From Candidatus Dojkabacteria bacterium (GTDB taxonomy: Bacteria; Patescibacteriota; Dojkabacteria; B142; WJKM01), in assembly GCA_014729085.1 (NCBI GenBank), contig WJKM01000016.1:36598-100597 (forward strand): a stretch of DNA of 64,000 nt, given 5' to 3'. The notes under the pieces were generated by a model that searched no databases, was not told the origin of the DNA, and saw only the letters and a program-made list of their open reading frames with translations. Of this stretch, positions 29,349 to 39,767 are shown piece after piece; position 1 is the first letter of the stretch; each line of letters starts with the position of its first letter. The position numbers and the translations under genes were made by a program.

Positions 29349-30641
29349 TTATTTTACTTTTGCATAATCGGCTCCCATTACATTTGCTTTCTCTCCTAGT
29401 TCATCTTCTATTTCCATTAATCTGTTATATTTACAGACTCTTTCTCCTCTAGTTGGACCCACCTTTACAAATCCAGAATTAACTGCAACTGCAAGATCAA
29501 TCATCGAGGTGTCATTTACTTCCCCACCTCCTCGATGTGAAGGAACTGTCATCCATCCATTCTTTCGTGCAAGCATACAGCAATCGACTGTCTCTGTTAA
29601 AGAACCTATTTGATTGAGTTTAATCAATATTGCATCACCGGCTTTCTCGTCTATTGCTCTTTGCAGTCTTGTGGTATTTGTAACTGTTAAATCGTCAGTT
29701 ATATGAGGTACGTTAATTTTACTGGTAAATTTAGGCCAGTTTTCCCAATCATCTTCATGCAGCATATCTTCGACTGTTACAATTGGGTATTTGTCAAACC
29801 AGGGAAGATAGTACTCTATTAATTCTTCTGAAGAAAGTTCTTTGCCTTCTATAGAAAGAATATACTTACCGTTCTCAAAATATTCAGAAGCGGCTGCATC
29901 CATTGAAATCCCAACATCTTTACCAGGTGTATATCCAGCTTTTTTTATACTTTCTAGAATGAGTTGAAGAGGCTTTTCATTATTATTAAGTCCTGAAGGT
30001 GCGAAAGCGCCCTCATTACCAACATTTGTATTTAAATCAAGAGACTTTAAATGTTTCTTCAAGGCTATATAGATCTCTTCTCCCATACGTATATTTTCTC
30101 TCGCAGAATTGAATCCGAATGGTGAAATGATATATTCCTGAAGATCGGTTGACTGATGTGCATGTTTTCCTCCCTCAATAACAACCATCATAGGATTAGG
30201 TAGATAGTAATCAGAGATATTTAAATTATAAACTTGTCTAATATATTTATAAAGAGGAAGATTATTTTCATTTGCTGAGGCTTTTGCGACTGCTAATGAT
30301 ACACTTAGAATTGCATTACCACCAAGATTTGCTTTGTTTTCTGTAGCATCCATTTCAATCATTTTTTCATCAATTACTCTTTGTTCTTCTGCATTCAAAC
30401 CAATTAATTCGTTTGAAATTTTATCATTAACATTTGATACTGCTTTTAGCATGCCTTTTCCGTTATATCTGTTTTCGTCGTCGTCTGTCAAGACTGTGGC
30501 TTCATGCACACCGGCAGATGAACCGTAAGGGACAGAAGCCTTGCCTTTAGCTCCACTTTCTAGTTCCACATAAGCTTCAATTGTAGGTTTGCCTCCAGAT
30601 GCTAGAATTTCTCTTGCTCTTACTGATTTAATTTTTGACAT
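29349..30641 (-). CDS. eno: enolase
   Basis: VPYGSSAGVHEA, LGGNAIL, GNEGAF, IKLNQIG, SHR, GERVCKYNRL. Confidence 0.96.
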   Translation of the reverse strand: MSKIKSVRAREILASGGKPTIEAYVELESGAKGKASVPYGSSAGVHEATVLTDDDENRYNGKGMLKAVSNVNDKISNELIGLNAEEQRVIDEKMIEMDATENKANLGGNAILSVSLAVAKASANENNLPLYKYIRQVYNLNISDYYLPNPMMVVIEGGKHAHQSTDLQEYIISPFGFNSARENIRMGEEIYIALKKHLKSLDLNTNVGNEGAFAPSGLNNNEKPLQLILESIKKAGYTPGKDVGISMDAAASEYFENGKYILSIEGKELSSEELIEYYLPWFDKYPIVTVEDMLHEDDWENWPKFTSKINVPHITDDLTVTNTTRLQRAIDEKAGDAILIKLNQIGSLTETVDCCMLARKNGWMTVPSHRGGGEVNDTSMIDLAVAVNSGFVKVGPTRGERVCKYNRLMEIEDELGEKANVMGADYAKVK

Positions 30642-30794
30642 TATATTTGGTTAAAAGATAAAAATAACAAATTTTATAAACTATTAAGATAAAATATTGT
30701 AACAAAATTATTGGAATAATTTTTGAAAAAATATTGAATTAGAATATAATACATAAAGTAAATTGACGGCAAGCAAGTAGTTAGATTAAAAAGT

Positions 30795-30865
30795 TCGGGG
30801 ATCGTCTAATGGTAGGACAACGGCCTCTGAAGCCGTTAATCTTAGTTCGAATCTAAGTCCCCGAA
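30795..30865 (+). tRNA. tRNA-Gln(CTG), CCA not encoded
   Basis: Acceptor TCGGGGA/TCCCCGA, anticodon arm ACGGC-CTCTGAA-GCCGT, T loop TTCGAAT. Confidence 0.95.
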
Positions 30866-30906
30866 CTTTTTAATCAGTTCAGGTTGGGAATTATGGGTGT
30901 TTAAAA

Positions 30907-30963
30907 GGCCTCCTTGCCTGTCGAAATAAGATGAAGACAGGTGAAGCCGTTAATCTTAGTTCG
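30907..30963 (+). repeat. partial duplicate of tRNA-Gln interrupted by a 29-nt hairpin
   Basis: GGCCTC + insert (CCTGTC...GACAGG stem) + TGAAGCCGTTAATCTTAGTTCG, identical to 30828-30849. Confidence 0.8.
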
Positions 30964-31242
30964 CTAGCCTGTATGACGTCAACATCTTTGGCCGGCAATA
31001 AGCAGCAGTGTTTTCAAAAGAATGTTTAGAAATTCTGGATTTACTAATAATAAATTTCAGAATAAGAATAAGTTTAAAATCTGAAGATCTATGTCTTGGA
31101 ATTATATTAGAATATATTTATTGTTACGGAAATTGGAAATTTTCTAAAAATTTACATTTTATATACAAGCTGCCGAAATCCTTTACGGGATGAAGGCAAA
31201 TAATTCCGAGCGTAGCGAGGATTATGTGCTTATTTTCTGAAA

Positions 31243-32058
31243 ATGAGTAAAAAAGTAAAATTTTTTAATGTAATTTGTTTAATATGGATAGTATTGAGTT
31301 CGATTTATTTTTACTATTCAAATTTTCAATTGAATAAAAAGCTGGAATCCCAGGAATCCTATTATCAGGAATGTATTCAAAATTTCCAAAAGTGTAAGGA
31401 AGATAATAAATCTGATCAGGATGAGAAAAAAAAGAGCAGGGATGACATTAAAGTGGAAAGAGAGGTACTTCCCGAAACTGTTGTAATGAATATTGAAACT
31501 TATGCTCAACAGTATCCCGCTTCATGTGAAATAGCCAGCGCACATATAGCAATGAAATATTTTGGTGTTGAAAAGTCAGAAGATGAGATTTTAGAAATAG
31601 TTCAGATTGATCCAACAGAATTAGAACAGATGGAGGATGGAAGATGGCATTGGGGTAATCCCCAGAAAAAATACGTAGGAAGCTTATATCTTCCAGGTGG
31701 AGTTTATAATGAACCAGTGTATAGGGCTTTATCCGAATTTGGTTTTTCCCAAAGTATTTCGAAGACTGGATGGCAGATTGCTGAATTGTATAGTTATATT
31801 CGACAAGGTTATCCTGCAATTGTCTGGGTCTCAAGTGATTTTAAAACCCAACCTCTTACCAAAACATATGCAGATGATGGTACTGAAAATGTTTGGATGC
31901 CTCATCAACATGCTTTAATTTTAAAAGGAGTAGACTCAGAAAAAACCTATATTATGGATGTTTGGAAGGGGACTCACTATACTGTTACACATGAACAGTT
32001 CAAGACAGGATTCGCTAACCTGGATAATATGGCAATAGTCGTAATTCAGGATGAATAA
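31243..32058 (+). CDS. C39-like cysteine peptidase, membrane-anchored
   Basis: QQYPASCEIAS, WGNP, HALILKG, IMDVW. Confidence 0.85.
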   Translation: MSKKVKFFNVICLIWIVLSSIYFYYSNFQLNKKLESQESYYQECIQNFQKCKEDNKSDQDEKKKSRDDIKVEREVLPETVVMNIETYAQQYPASCEIASAHIAMKYFGVEKSEDEILEIVQIDPTELEQMEDGRWHWGNPQKKYVGSLYLPGGVYNEPVYRALSEFGFSQSISKTGWQIAELYSYIRQGYPAIVWVSSDFKTQPLTKTYADDGTENVWMPHQHALILKGVDSEKTYIMDVWKGTHYTVTHEQFKTGFANLDNMAIVVIQDE

Positions 32059-32167
32059 TAGGTAGAGGGATTCTTAAAATGAAATGATATTAGTGTTACA
32101 ACATATGAAATTTTTGTACTTTAAATTACATGATAAAATTAATCAATTAATTTGATATACATATATT

Positions 32168-34075
32168 ATGCTAAAAAACATTATAAATTTTATTAAACTA
32201 CTCATATTTGTCTCAATTCCGTTATTGGTAATTTCTGTCTTTTCTCAAAAAACTTATGCTGCTCTTCCAGATACAAAAATAAGCGGAAAGAACTATATAG
32301 AAGCAGAATGGTCTGAAGATACGAATAGATGGATTTATAGGGATTATCATGTAAAATGGGAATTTGAACCACACAGACAAGATTTGGTAGATATGCAATA
32401 TGGTTTTTTAGATATATATATGAGCGAAGATGGAGGAGTAAATTGGAGAGATCAAAGATCAAATATTTGGACGGATACAGAGAAACAGACATCACATATT
32501 ATGGTATTGGCAGGTTTGGGTTGTAAATATGTTCGGGGAGAATGGAGTGATTTTGACAATGTATATTCTAAAACAAGTAATACGATAGAGATTTGTTTGC
32601 AAAGTCCCAATACAAGTTTGATTTTCCCGGATGTAGAGGAAAATAATATATTTAAAGATCATATCGAAGACCTGGCTACAAAAGAAATAATCAACGGTTA
32701 TTCAAATGGTTTCTATAAACCTAATTTCCCAGTTACTAGAGGTGCTTTAGCAAAAATTATGAAGAATTCAATTGATTTTCAAACTGATTTGTCATGCGAG
32801 GATTTTCCTGATGTTTACCCAGAGCATACTTTTTATGAACACATTAAAACTTTAAAGTGTAATGGAATTATTTCGGGATATCGAGATGGTACATTTAGAC
32901 CAAATGAGGTGGTAACACGAGGACAGGCTATGAAGTTTATTGTAAATGCTGTAAGGCATAAATATCACCTTAAATTTCCAGAATATAAAGCAGGAGAAAT
33001 CTTTCCAGATGTAACTCAGAACCATACTTTTTATAATTATATTAATTCCGCGGCTTCAATCGAACTTTATAGTGGTGAAAGAATAATAAATGGATATTCG
33101 AATGGGAATTTTGGTCCCGAAGATCCAATCTCAAGAGAACAGATTGCAAAAATTATTAATCAGACACTAGTTTATATTAAAGATGGTGGAAAAATTTCCA
33201 CACCGAATCCTTTTACTGAATTAGCTTTAGATAATTCCAGGGGTATTATTATAGAGGAGCTAATTCCAAATATTATTGGTCAGTATGATATTGATTTGGA
33301 TAGATATAATCCCGATTTAATTGAACCATTAGATCCTCCAGAAAATTTTGATATTCATTACTGGTTTTATTCCCACTTTATTAACCTGTATCCAATAGAT
33401 AAAAAACTAATTACTGATGTAACATTTTTTTCAGATGGATATTATGGAGTAATAGCAGCAGTCTATCGAGAAGGAGAAGATTTGTCTAAGTGGGGATTGG
33501 CAGTAGATGAATCTGATTTATATTACAAAGAGACTTCAGATGTGTTTGTTTTAGATCCCATGACTGCAATTCATGAAATAGCACATATTTATACCCTAAA
33601 TTCTGAAGAAATAGATATATATGAAGCAAGTTATGATGTCGGATCAATTGAGGAATTTATTAGTATGAATAAACAAAATAAGGCTACATGTCCAAATTTT
33701 TATACACTTGACGGATGTTCAAAACCATCTTCATATCTTAATCAGTTTTATGAAAATTTTTGGGAAGATAAGTACGCAGAATTCGTTGCTATTGAAGAGC
33801 TAAAGAGTCTTGAGGAGAAGGTAGACGCTTATGCTGATTTTATTTCAAAATATGGTGATGAGTATTTAACATGGTATGCTATTACAAGCCCAGAAGAGGA
33901 TTTGGCTGAATCCTTTGCAGTTTTTGTTTTATCAGATAAGCCAATGGAAAATTCAACTGTAGTTACCGATCACAAAATACTATTTTTCTATGATTATCCT
34001 GAATTAACTGAATTTAGAGAAAGGACTAGATCCAGAATCCAAACTAGTTATCCAGGATATTTAGATCTATTTTGA
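32168..34075 (+). CDS. S-layer homology (SLH) domain protein with C-terminal zinc metallopeptidase
   Basis: Three SLH repeats (IINGYSNG..KP..PVTRG); HEIAH and YAITSPEEDLAESF. Confidence 0.85.
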   Translation: MLKNIINFIKLLIFVSIPLLVISVFSQKTYAALPDTKISGKNYIEAEWSEDTNRWIYRDYHVKWEFEPHRQDLVDMQYGFLDIYMSEDGGVNWRDQRSNIWTDTEKQTSHIMVLAGLGCKYVRGEWSDFDNVYSKTSNTIEICLQSPNTSLIFPDVEENNIFKDHIEDLATKEIINGYSNGFYKPNFPVTRGALAKIMKNSIDFQTDLSCEDFPDVYPEHTFYEHIKTLKCNGIISGYRDGTFRPNEVVTRGQAMKFIVNAVRHKYHLKFPEYKAGEIFPDVTQNHTFYNYINSAASIELYSGERIINGYSNGNFGPEDPISREQIAKIINQTLVYIKDGGKISTPNPFTELALDNSRGIIIEELIPNIIGQYDIDLDRYNPDLIEPLDPPENFDIHYWFYSHFINLYPIDKKLITDVTFFSDGYYGVIAAVYREGEDLSKWGLAVDESDLYYKETSDVFVLDPMTAIHEIAHIYTLNSEEIDIYEASYDVGSIEEFISMNKQNKATCPNFYTLDGCSKPSSYLNQFYENFWEDKYAEFVAIEELKSLEEKVDAYADFISKYGDEYLTWYAITSPEEDLAESFAVFVLSDKPMENSTVVTDHKILFFYDYPELTEFRERTRSRIQTSYPGYLDLF

Positions 34076-34133
34076 TTTGTTTTAATAGTCTTTCTAATTT
34101 AAAATAGATTGATAATTCGTTTATTCTGCCCAT

Positions 34134-36311
34134 ATGGAAGAAGTTGAAAAAATTTATACAAAACCTTTTTTAAAAATTGAATCTGATGAACAGGATTTAA
34201 TTGGAGTACAAGGAACCACTGTAGCTAAAATTCTTCAGTCTGGCGTAAATTTACCTTCAGGATTTATAATAACTACACATGCATTCGATAATTTCTTGAT
34301 AGCAAATGATTTAGTTGCGGAAATTCAGGAAAGGATGAAAAATGTGGACAGCAAGAGTAGAAAGAAGCTCATAAACGCTTCAAATTTTGTAAATACATTA
34401 TTTAAGGAAGCGGTGATTCCTTCTTCAATTTATGATGCAATTCGGGTTTCCTATTCTAATCTTTTTGGATTGTCTAAGGGACTTGTGAAGCTATATCCTT
34501 CATGGATTCCTGAAGTTTATCCATATAATGCTGGTGTTGATCATAAATATAGTTTTACAGCTATAGAAGATATGAATAGTTTGGAAGAAGTAATTCTTAA
34601 GTCATGGCAGGTATTATTCGATCCAATGGCTATCTTCGAAAGATTTGAAAACAATTATAATGGAACTTTAAGTGTAGCATTGGTAGTTCAAAAGATGCTG
34701 AACGCCGAAATGTCTGGAAAGGCATATAGTTACAATCCCATTTCTAATGAAGAAAATGAAGTGGAAATAGAAGCATTGCTTGGTCTATACAAAGGAGTCG
34801 CAGAACTCGGAGTTATTCCCGATAGATATATTGTAAGCAAGGAGCATGAAAGAATTGTAGAAAAAAATACATCCGGGCAAAGAGAGATGATGGTTATGAA
34901 AGGGATGTTTAAGACAAAAGAAAGTAAAGAGCATATTGTAAAAGTCTCAAAACCTTGGCAAGTAAGACAAAAGATTTCGGATAAACAAATCCAAGAATTA
35001 ACAATAATTCTGAAGACTATAGAGCGAGAACTTGGAAAACAAGTTGAGCTTGAATGGGTAATTGAGACAGGTAAATTATATGTAGTAGATTTTAAAATTG
35101 GAAAGACATTAGAAAAATATAAATTGATGCAAGATGGAGAGGTAAAGAGAAGTATTAAAGTTGAACCCGGTATAGAAGTAGTAAGTCCTTCCGATCAAAG
35201 CAAGAAAAAGGAACCTAAGAAAACTTTAGATGATTATATTGATGAAATTGAACAAGAGATAGATAACTTTGGATCTGTTTCCGTTCCTCCAGAAGATATT
35301 AATAATAAGGCCTCATCTCTGGCGACTGAGATTAAGAAGGAGGAAAATACTCCCAAGAAAGTCAGTAAAGAACAAGCTAAAGAAAAAGAGGTAGATATTG
35401 AAAGGACTATAGAACCCAAGATACCTAAATTATGGAAGAAATTTACTTTTACCAAATTAAAAGATGTAGAGCCTCAAGTGGTTGATATTTGGCTTGATAT
35501 GAGCGAAGGATTAGTCAGAGGCGAATTAAATTCTAATGAATTTGATGGACTATACGGTTTATATGGTGAGGATCTTCTGGAAGGATTTGGTGTAAATATT
35601 GTGCATCTAGATAAAAAGCAATTAGTTAGTCTAAAAAATTACATAGTGGATCAAATCTTCGAATTGATAAGTCAAGACTTGAGCAAACACACAATATATT
35701 CCATTAGTAACCTGACACATAAACAAGCCGATAAATATTTAAACGAATCAAAAGAAGGTATAGATCTTCATCTTACAAATCAAATTCTTATTGAACAGGA
35801 ATTGGCTGCTATACGTGAAATAAGAGGGAAGAGGGGATATAGAAAGATTTGGGTCGGGATTAGAGGTCTGAATCAGGTTGAAGAACTAAAGAACATTAAA
35901 TCAATTATTTCGAAAGCAGGAATCAAAAGATCAAGTATGTTTAAAATATTTGTGGAAATAGATAAACTTCCAGTATTTTTGAATATTAATGATTACCTGA
36001 AAGAAAATGTGGATGGAGTTATTCTTTATTTAGATGTAATTTTTCAAAGTTTATTAGGGAATAAAATTTCTATCCAAGAGGTATTGGAAAATGATGTCTT
36101 TTGGGATATGGTCGAGAAATTATCACTACAGATTCATAAAAAGGGACGAACATTTTTTGTTAATTCAAATGTGCTTGCAAGTACAGATGAATTGATTTTG
36201 AAACTTTTAAAGCTTGGAATAAATGGTGTATGTATCGGAGGGGAGAAGATATACGATATGCGTAAAAATTTAACAAAACTTGAAAGACAAATCCTGAAGC
36301 AGAAGAAGTAG
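34134..36311 (+). CDS. degenerate PEP synthase/PPDK-like protein
   Basis: PSGFIITT, VQKMLNAEMSG, PDRYIV, ELEWVI; no phospho-His GGxTSHAA motif. Confidence 0.7.
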   Translation: MEEVEKIYTKPFLKIESDEQDLIGVQGTTVAKILQSGVNLPSGFIITTHAFDNFLIANDLVAEIQERMKNVDSKSRKKLINASNFVNTLFKEAVIPSSIYDAIRVSYSNLFGLSKGLVKLYPSWIPEVYPYNAGVDHKYSFTAIEDMNSLEEVILKSWQVLFDPMAIFERFENNYNGTLSVALVVQKMLNAEMSGKAYSYNPISNEENEVEIEALLGLYKGVAELGVIPDRYIVSKEHERIVEKNTSGQREMMVMKGMFKTKESKEHIVKVSKPWQVRQKISDKQIQELTIILKTIERELGKQVELEWVIETGKLYVVDFKIGKTLEKYKLMQDGEVKRSIKVEPGIEVVSPSDQSKKKEPKKTLDDYIDEIEQEIDNFGSVSVPPEDINNKASSLATEIKKEENTPKKVSKEQAKEKEVDIERTIEPKIPKLWKKFTFTKLKDVEPQVVDIWLDMSEGLVRGELNSNEFDGLYGLYGEDLLEGFGVNIVHLDKKQLVSLKNYIVDQIFELISQDLSKHTIYSISNLTHKQADKYLNESKEGIDLHLTNQILIEQELAAIREIRGKRGYRKIWVGIRGLNQVEELKNIKSIISKAGIKRSSMFKIFVEIDKLPVFLNINDYLKENVDGVILYLDVIFQSLLGNKISIQEVLENDVFWDMVEKLSLQIHKKGRTFFVNSNVLASTDELILKLLKLGINGVCIGGEKIYDMRKNLTKLERQILKQKK

Positions 36312-36337
36312 AGTTAAGTTTCTGCCTCCTATACGCT

Positions 36338-38014
36338 ATGAAATTTATGAGATATCTAAAAAAACACATTCAAAGTAATTTTTTTGTTTTTATCGTTCTT
36401 TTTACCTTCGGAGCAATTATTTATTCAAATGTAATACACGGTTCTTTTATTTTTGATGATAATTTATTAATAGAACATAATAGACTGATTAGATCTTTGG
36501 ATAATATTCCTCATTTTTTTATAAGTAGTTCCGAAACTGGAGCTGGATTAGAAAGTAATTTTTATAGACCACTTCAAAATTTAGTCTACGCAATAATTTA
36601 CTTTTTTTTCCAATTAAGCCCCGAACCTTATCATATAGTATCCATCTTTATTCACCTAACTAACACATGTCTGGTATTCATATTATTAAAAAAGATAATG
36701 AAATTTACGAGAGTAGGTAGTATGATTGGTGCATTATTATTCTTGGTTCATCCTGTACAAGCTGAAGCTGTAAGCTATATATCTGGAATAGCTGACCCTC
36801 TCTGTTTTATGTTTATGATAATTGGGATTTTGCTCTTTTATAAATCAGTAAAGAACATTCAAAAGTTAACAAATTTTCATTGGACGAAATTTTTAAACCA
36901 ATATTTTTTATTGAGTCTTGTATGCTTGGTTTTAGGGTTGCTTTCAAAAGAAATGGGGGTAGTTTTTTTCCCGCTTACTGCTCTAATGACTCTTTATTTC
37001 TGGAATACTTATGATAAAAACGAAAAAAAGATTTCAATTTATTCACTCTTAGTTTATCTAGCTATTATCATCTTATATTTGATTTTGAAATTTACGATTT
37101 TTAATTTCACAGGAGCAGGCGGGCTTAGTAGTGAGGACAATGTATACACTCAAAATGTTCTAGTTCGATTATTAAGTTTTTTAAATATTATTTGGGATTA
37201 CTTATTATTAATAATAGCTCCCTGGGAGTTATACTTAGAGAAGCCTTTCACAGTAGTTGAGTCTTTTTTCCATATTAAAGTAATTCTAGGGTTTATAATT
37301 CTATCAACCTTAATATTTCTTGCATATAAAAGTTATAGAAATTCCAAAAAAGTATTTTTTGGATTATCTTGGGTCTTGATATGTTTAGTACCGATTTCGG
37401 GAATAATACCTTTAAATGCAATTTATCTCGAGCATTGGCTTTATTTTCCTCTTATTGGAATTAGTATACTACTAGCACAAAGCTATGATTATATAGATGA
37501 AGGTATAGAAAAGAAAATACTTGTAATCTTCATTACGGTTTTTCTAGTACTTTTAAGTGTAAGAACAGTAATTCGAAATAAGGATTGGACAGATCCTATA
37601 AGGTTTTATCAAAATGAAATAAAGTACAATCCAAATTCAGCAAGAGTTTATAATAATCTTGCTATGCATTATTCAGATATAGAATGGTACAATTTGGCAG
37701 CTAAAAATTATCAGAAAGCAATTGAATTGCAAGATACATATCCTCAGACACATCATAATTTAGCCAGAGTATATGTTATGACTGGACAATATGAAAAGGC
37801 CATCGGGGAATATTACTCAGCTTTATCGATCAATCCAAATTTCATATACTCTCATGTGGATTTATATAATTTTTATAAACAGTTAGGATATATCAAGCAG
37901 GCAGACTACTTTAAAAATTTTATTCAAAGAATTCAAAATGGAGAGGAAATTAAATATGACGAAATACAAAAAGTTAAATCAGAAAAAACTATCAATAATA
38001 ATACCGTGCTTTAA
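36338..38014 (+). CDS. TMTC-like GT-C membrane glycosyltransferase with TPR repeats
   Basis: FIFDD, FYRPL, HPVQAEAV, LLSKE, EHWLYFP, RNKDW, C-terminal TPRs. Confidence 0.85.
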   Translation: MKFMRYLKKHIQSNFFVFIVLFTFGAIIYSNVIHGSFIFDDNLLIEHNRLIRSLDNIPHFFISSSETGAGLESNFYRPLQNLVYAIIYFFFQLSPEPYHIVSIFIHLTNTCLVFILLKKIMKFTRVGSMIGALLFLVHPVQAEAVSYISGIADPLCFMFMIIGILLFYKSVKNIQKLTNFHWTKFLNQYFLLSLVCLVLGLLSKEMGVVFFPLTALMTLYFWNTYDKNEKKISIYSLLVYLAIIILYLILKFTIFNFTGAGGLSSEDNVYTQNVLVRLLSFLNIIWDYLLLIIAPWELYLEKPFTVVESFFHIKVILGFIILSTLIFLAYKSYRNSKKVFFGLSWVLICLVPISGIIPLNAIYLEHWLYFPLIGISILLAQSYDYIDEGIEKKILVIFITVFLVLLSVRTVIRNKDWTDPIRFYQNEIKYNPNSARVYNNLAMHYSDIEWYNLAAKNYQKAIELQDTYPQTHHNLARVYVMTGQYEKAIGEYYSALSINPNFIYSHVDLYNFYKQLGYIKQADYFKNFIQRIQNGEEIKYDEIQKVKSEKTINNNTVL

Positions 38015-38669
38015 TGAGAAGAATACAATTATTGAAATCATTAAAAAAATAGAAAAAGTGAATTTAGGAACGATAGAGAAGGAGATTATTATTGTAGATG
38101 ATGGATCAGATGACGGAACTAATTTGTTATTAGAGAATTTATCCAATAAATATAGAGTTATTTTTCATACAAGAAATAAAGGAAAGGGTGCTTGTATAAA
38201 ATCAGCTTTAAAATATGTAAATGGGGAAATAGTATTGATTCAAGATGCAGATTTGGAATATGACCCTAATGATTATCCTAGTTTAATAAAACCAATTTTA
38301 AAAAAACAAAGTAAAGTTGTATTTGGTTCAAGGGAATTAAATACATCAAATGAGAAACATTCAGGTATAACCTTTTATATAGGGGGTAAAATACTTACTT
38401 TCTTAACAAATAAATTATATAATTCCAAACTTACAGATGTGACAGCTGGATATAAAGTATTTGAAACAGAAGTATTAGAAAATTTAAATATTAAATCAAA
38501 GAAATTTGATTTCTGCTGTGAGGTAGCTGCCAAGTTACTTAAAAGAGGGTATAAAATTATTGAAATACCAATATCTTATGAACCGAGATTAAAATCACAA
38601 GGAAAAAAGATTAGATATAGAGATGGTCTAGATGCACTATTACGATTGCTAACAATAAAATTTCAATAG
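37938..38669 (+). CDS. GT2 glycosyltransferase (Dpm1-like polyprenol-phosphate sugar synthase)
   Basis: IIPCFNE, VDDGSDDGT, NKGKG, QDADLEYDP, FGSR. Confidence 0.92.
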   Translation: MERKLNMTKYKKLNQKKLSIIIPCFNEKNTIIEIIKKIEKVNLGTIEKEIIIVDDGSDDGTNLLLENLSNKYRVIFHTRNKGKGACIKSALKYVNGEIVLIQDADLEYDPNDYPSLIKPILKKQSKVVFGSRELNTSNEKHSGITFYIGGKILTFLTNKLYNSKLTDVTAGYKVFETEVLENLNIKSKKFDFCCEVAAKLLKRGYKIIEIPISYEPRLKSQGKKIRYRDGLDALLRLLTIKFQ

Positions 38670-38684
38670 TTCCAATTTTAAGTT

Positions 38685-39635
38685 TTAATTACAAATTTCT
38701 GCTTTATCTGAACTTCCAAGAATATTGATTTTATGTTTTACTTGTTCTTTAATTGCAGCCCGACCCGGTCCTAGATACTTTCTTGGATCAAACACTTCTG
38801 GTTTGGTTGCAAATACTTCTCTAATTTTTGCTGTCATTGCCATTCTCAGATCAGTATCAATGTTTATTTTGCAAATCGAAAGTTTTGCAGCTTGAGTTAC
38901 TGCTTTGTCTGGGACGCCCATTGCATCGGGCATTTTGCCACCATATTTATTAATTAAGTCTTTAAATTCGACTGGGACATTGCTAGATCCGTGCATAACA
39001 AGAGGAACACCAGGTAACTTAGCTGCAGTATTCTCAATTACATCAAATGCAAGTTTAGGTTCGGATTTGAATTTATAAGCACCATGACTAGTTCCGCATG
39101 CAATTGCGAGAGAATCGCAATTTGTTTTCTCAACAAATTCTACTGCTTGGTCTGGATTAGTTAGAAATTTACTTATATCTTCATGACTTACTCCTACTAC
39201 ATGCTCTTCAACACCTCCTAATTGGCCAAGTTCGGCTTCAACAGTTACATTGTATTCATGAGCATATTCTACTACACGTTTTGTAATTTCGATATTTTTT
39301 TCAAATGGTTCTTTGGATGCATCAATCATTACGGAAGTAAATCCTGCATCAACAGCTTTTTTACAGGATTCAAAACTATCTCCATGATCTAGATGCATAG
39401 CCATAGGAATATCTGGATGTTGTTCTGATCCATTTTCTATAAGGGACTTCAAGTATTCGATTCCGGCATATTTCCATGCTCCAAGAGAAATCGCGATAAT
39501 AACAGGAGAGCTTTCTTCGACAGCTGCTTCTAAAATACCTTGAAAAATTTCCATGTTATTAATATTGAAAGCTCCTATTGCAAAGTTTTGTTTGTAAGCA
39601 ATTTCAAACATTTTTTTTGTATTTACGAGTGTCAT
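38685..39635 (-). CDS. fba: class II fructose-1,6-bisphosphate aldolase (start MTLVNT)
   Basis: HLDHG, EAELG, GTSHGAYK, VMHGSS, KINIDTD. Confidence 0.96.
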   Translation of the reverse strand: MTLVNTKKMFEIAYKQNFAIGAFNINNMEIFQGILEAAVEESSPVIIAISLGAWKYAGIEYLKSLIENGSEQHPDIPMAMHLDHGDSFESCKKAVDAGFTSVMIDASKEPFEKNIEITKRVVEYAHEYNVTVEAELGQLGGVEEHVVGVSHEDISKFLTNPDQAVEFVEKTNCDSLAIACGTSHGAYKFKSEPKLAFDVIENTAAKLPGVPLVMHGSSNVPVEFKDLINKYGGKMPDAMGVPDKAVTQAAKLSICKINIDTDLRMAMTAKIREVFATKPEVFDPRKYLGPGRAAIKEQVKHKINILGSSDKAEICN

Positions 39636-39767
39636 AATGAGTGATATAAAATTTAATACTTTATTGTAGCATCTAGACATGAGGACGAAAATTAGAAACT
39701 ATATTCGATTTCAACTTAAGAGTAACAAAGTGACTTGAAATCATACAAATGCTATATTTGATCAACT

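Noticed and set aside
31008-31193. 61-aa ORF
   Set aside because: No recognisable motif, AT-rich, overlaps a hairpin element; probably spurious.
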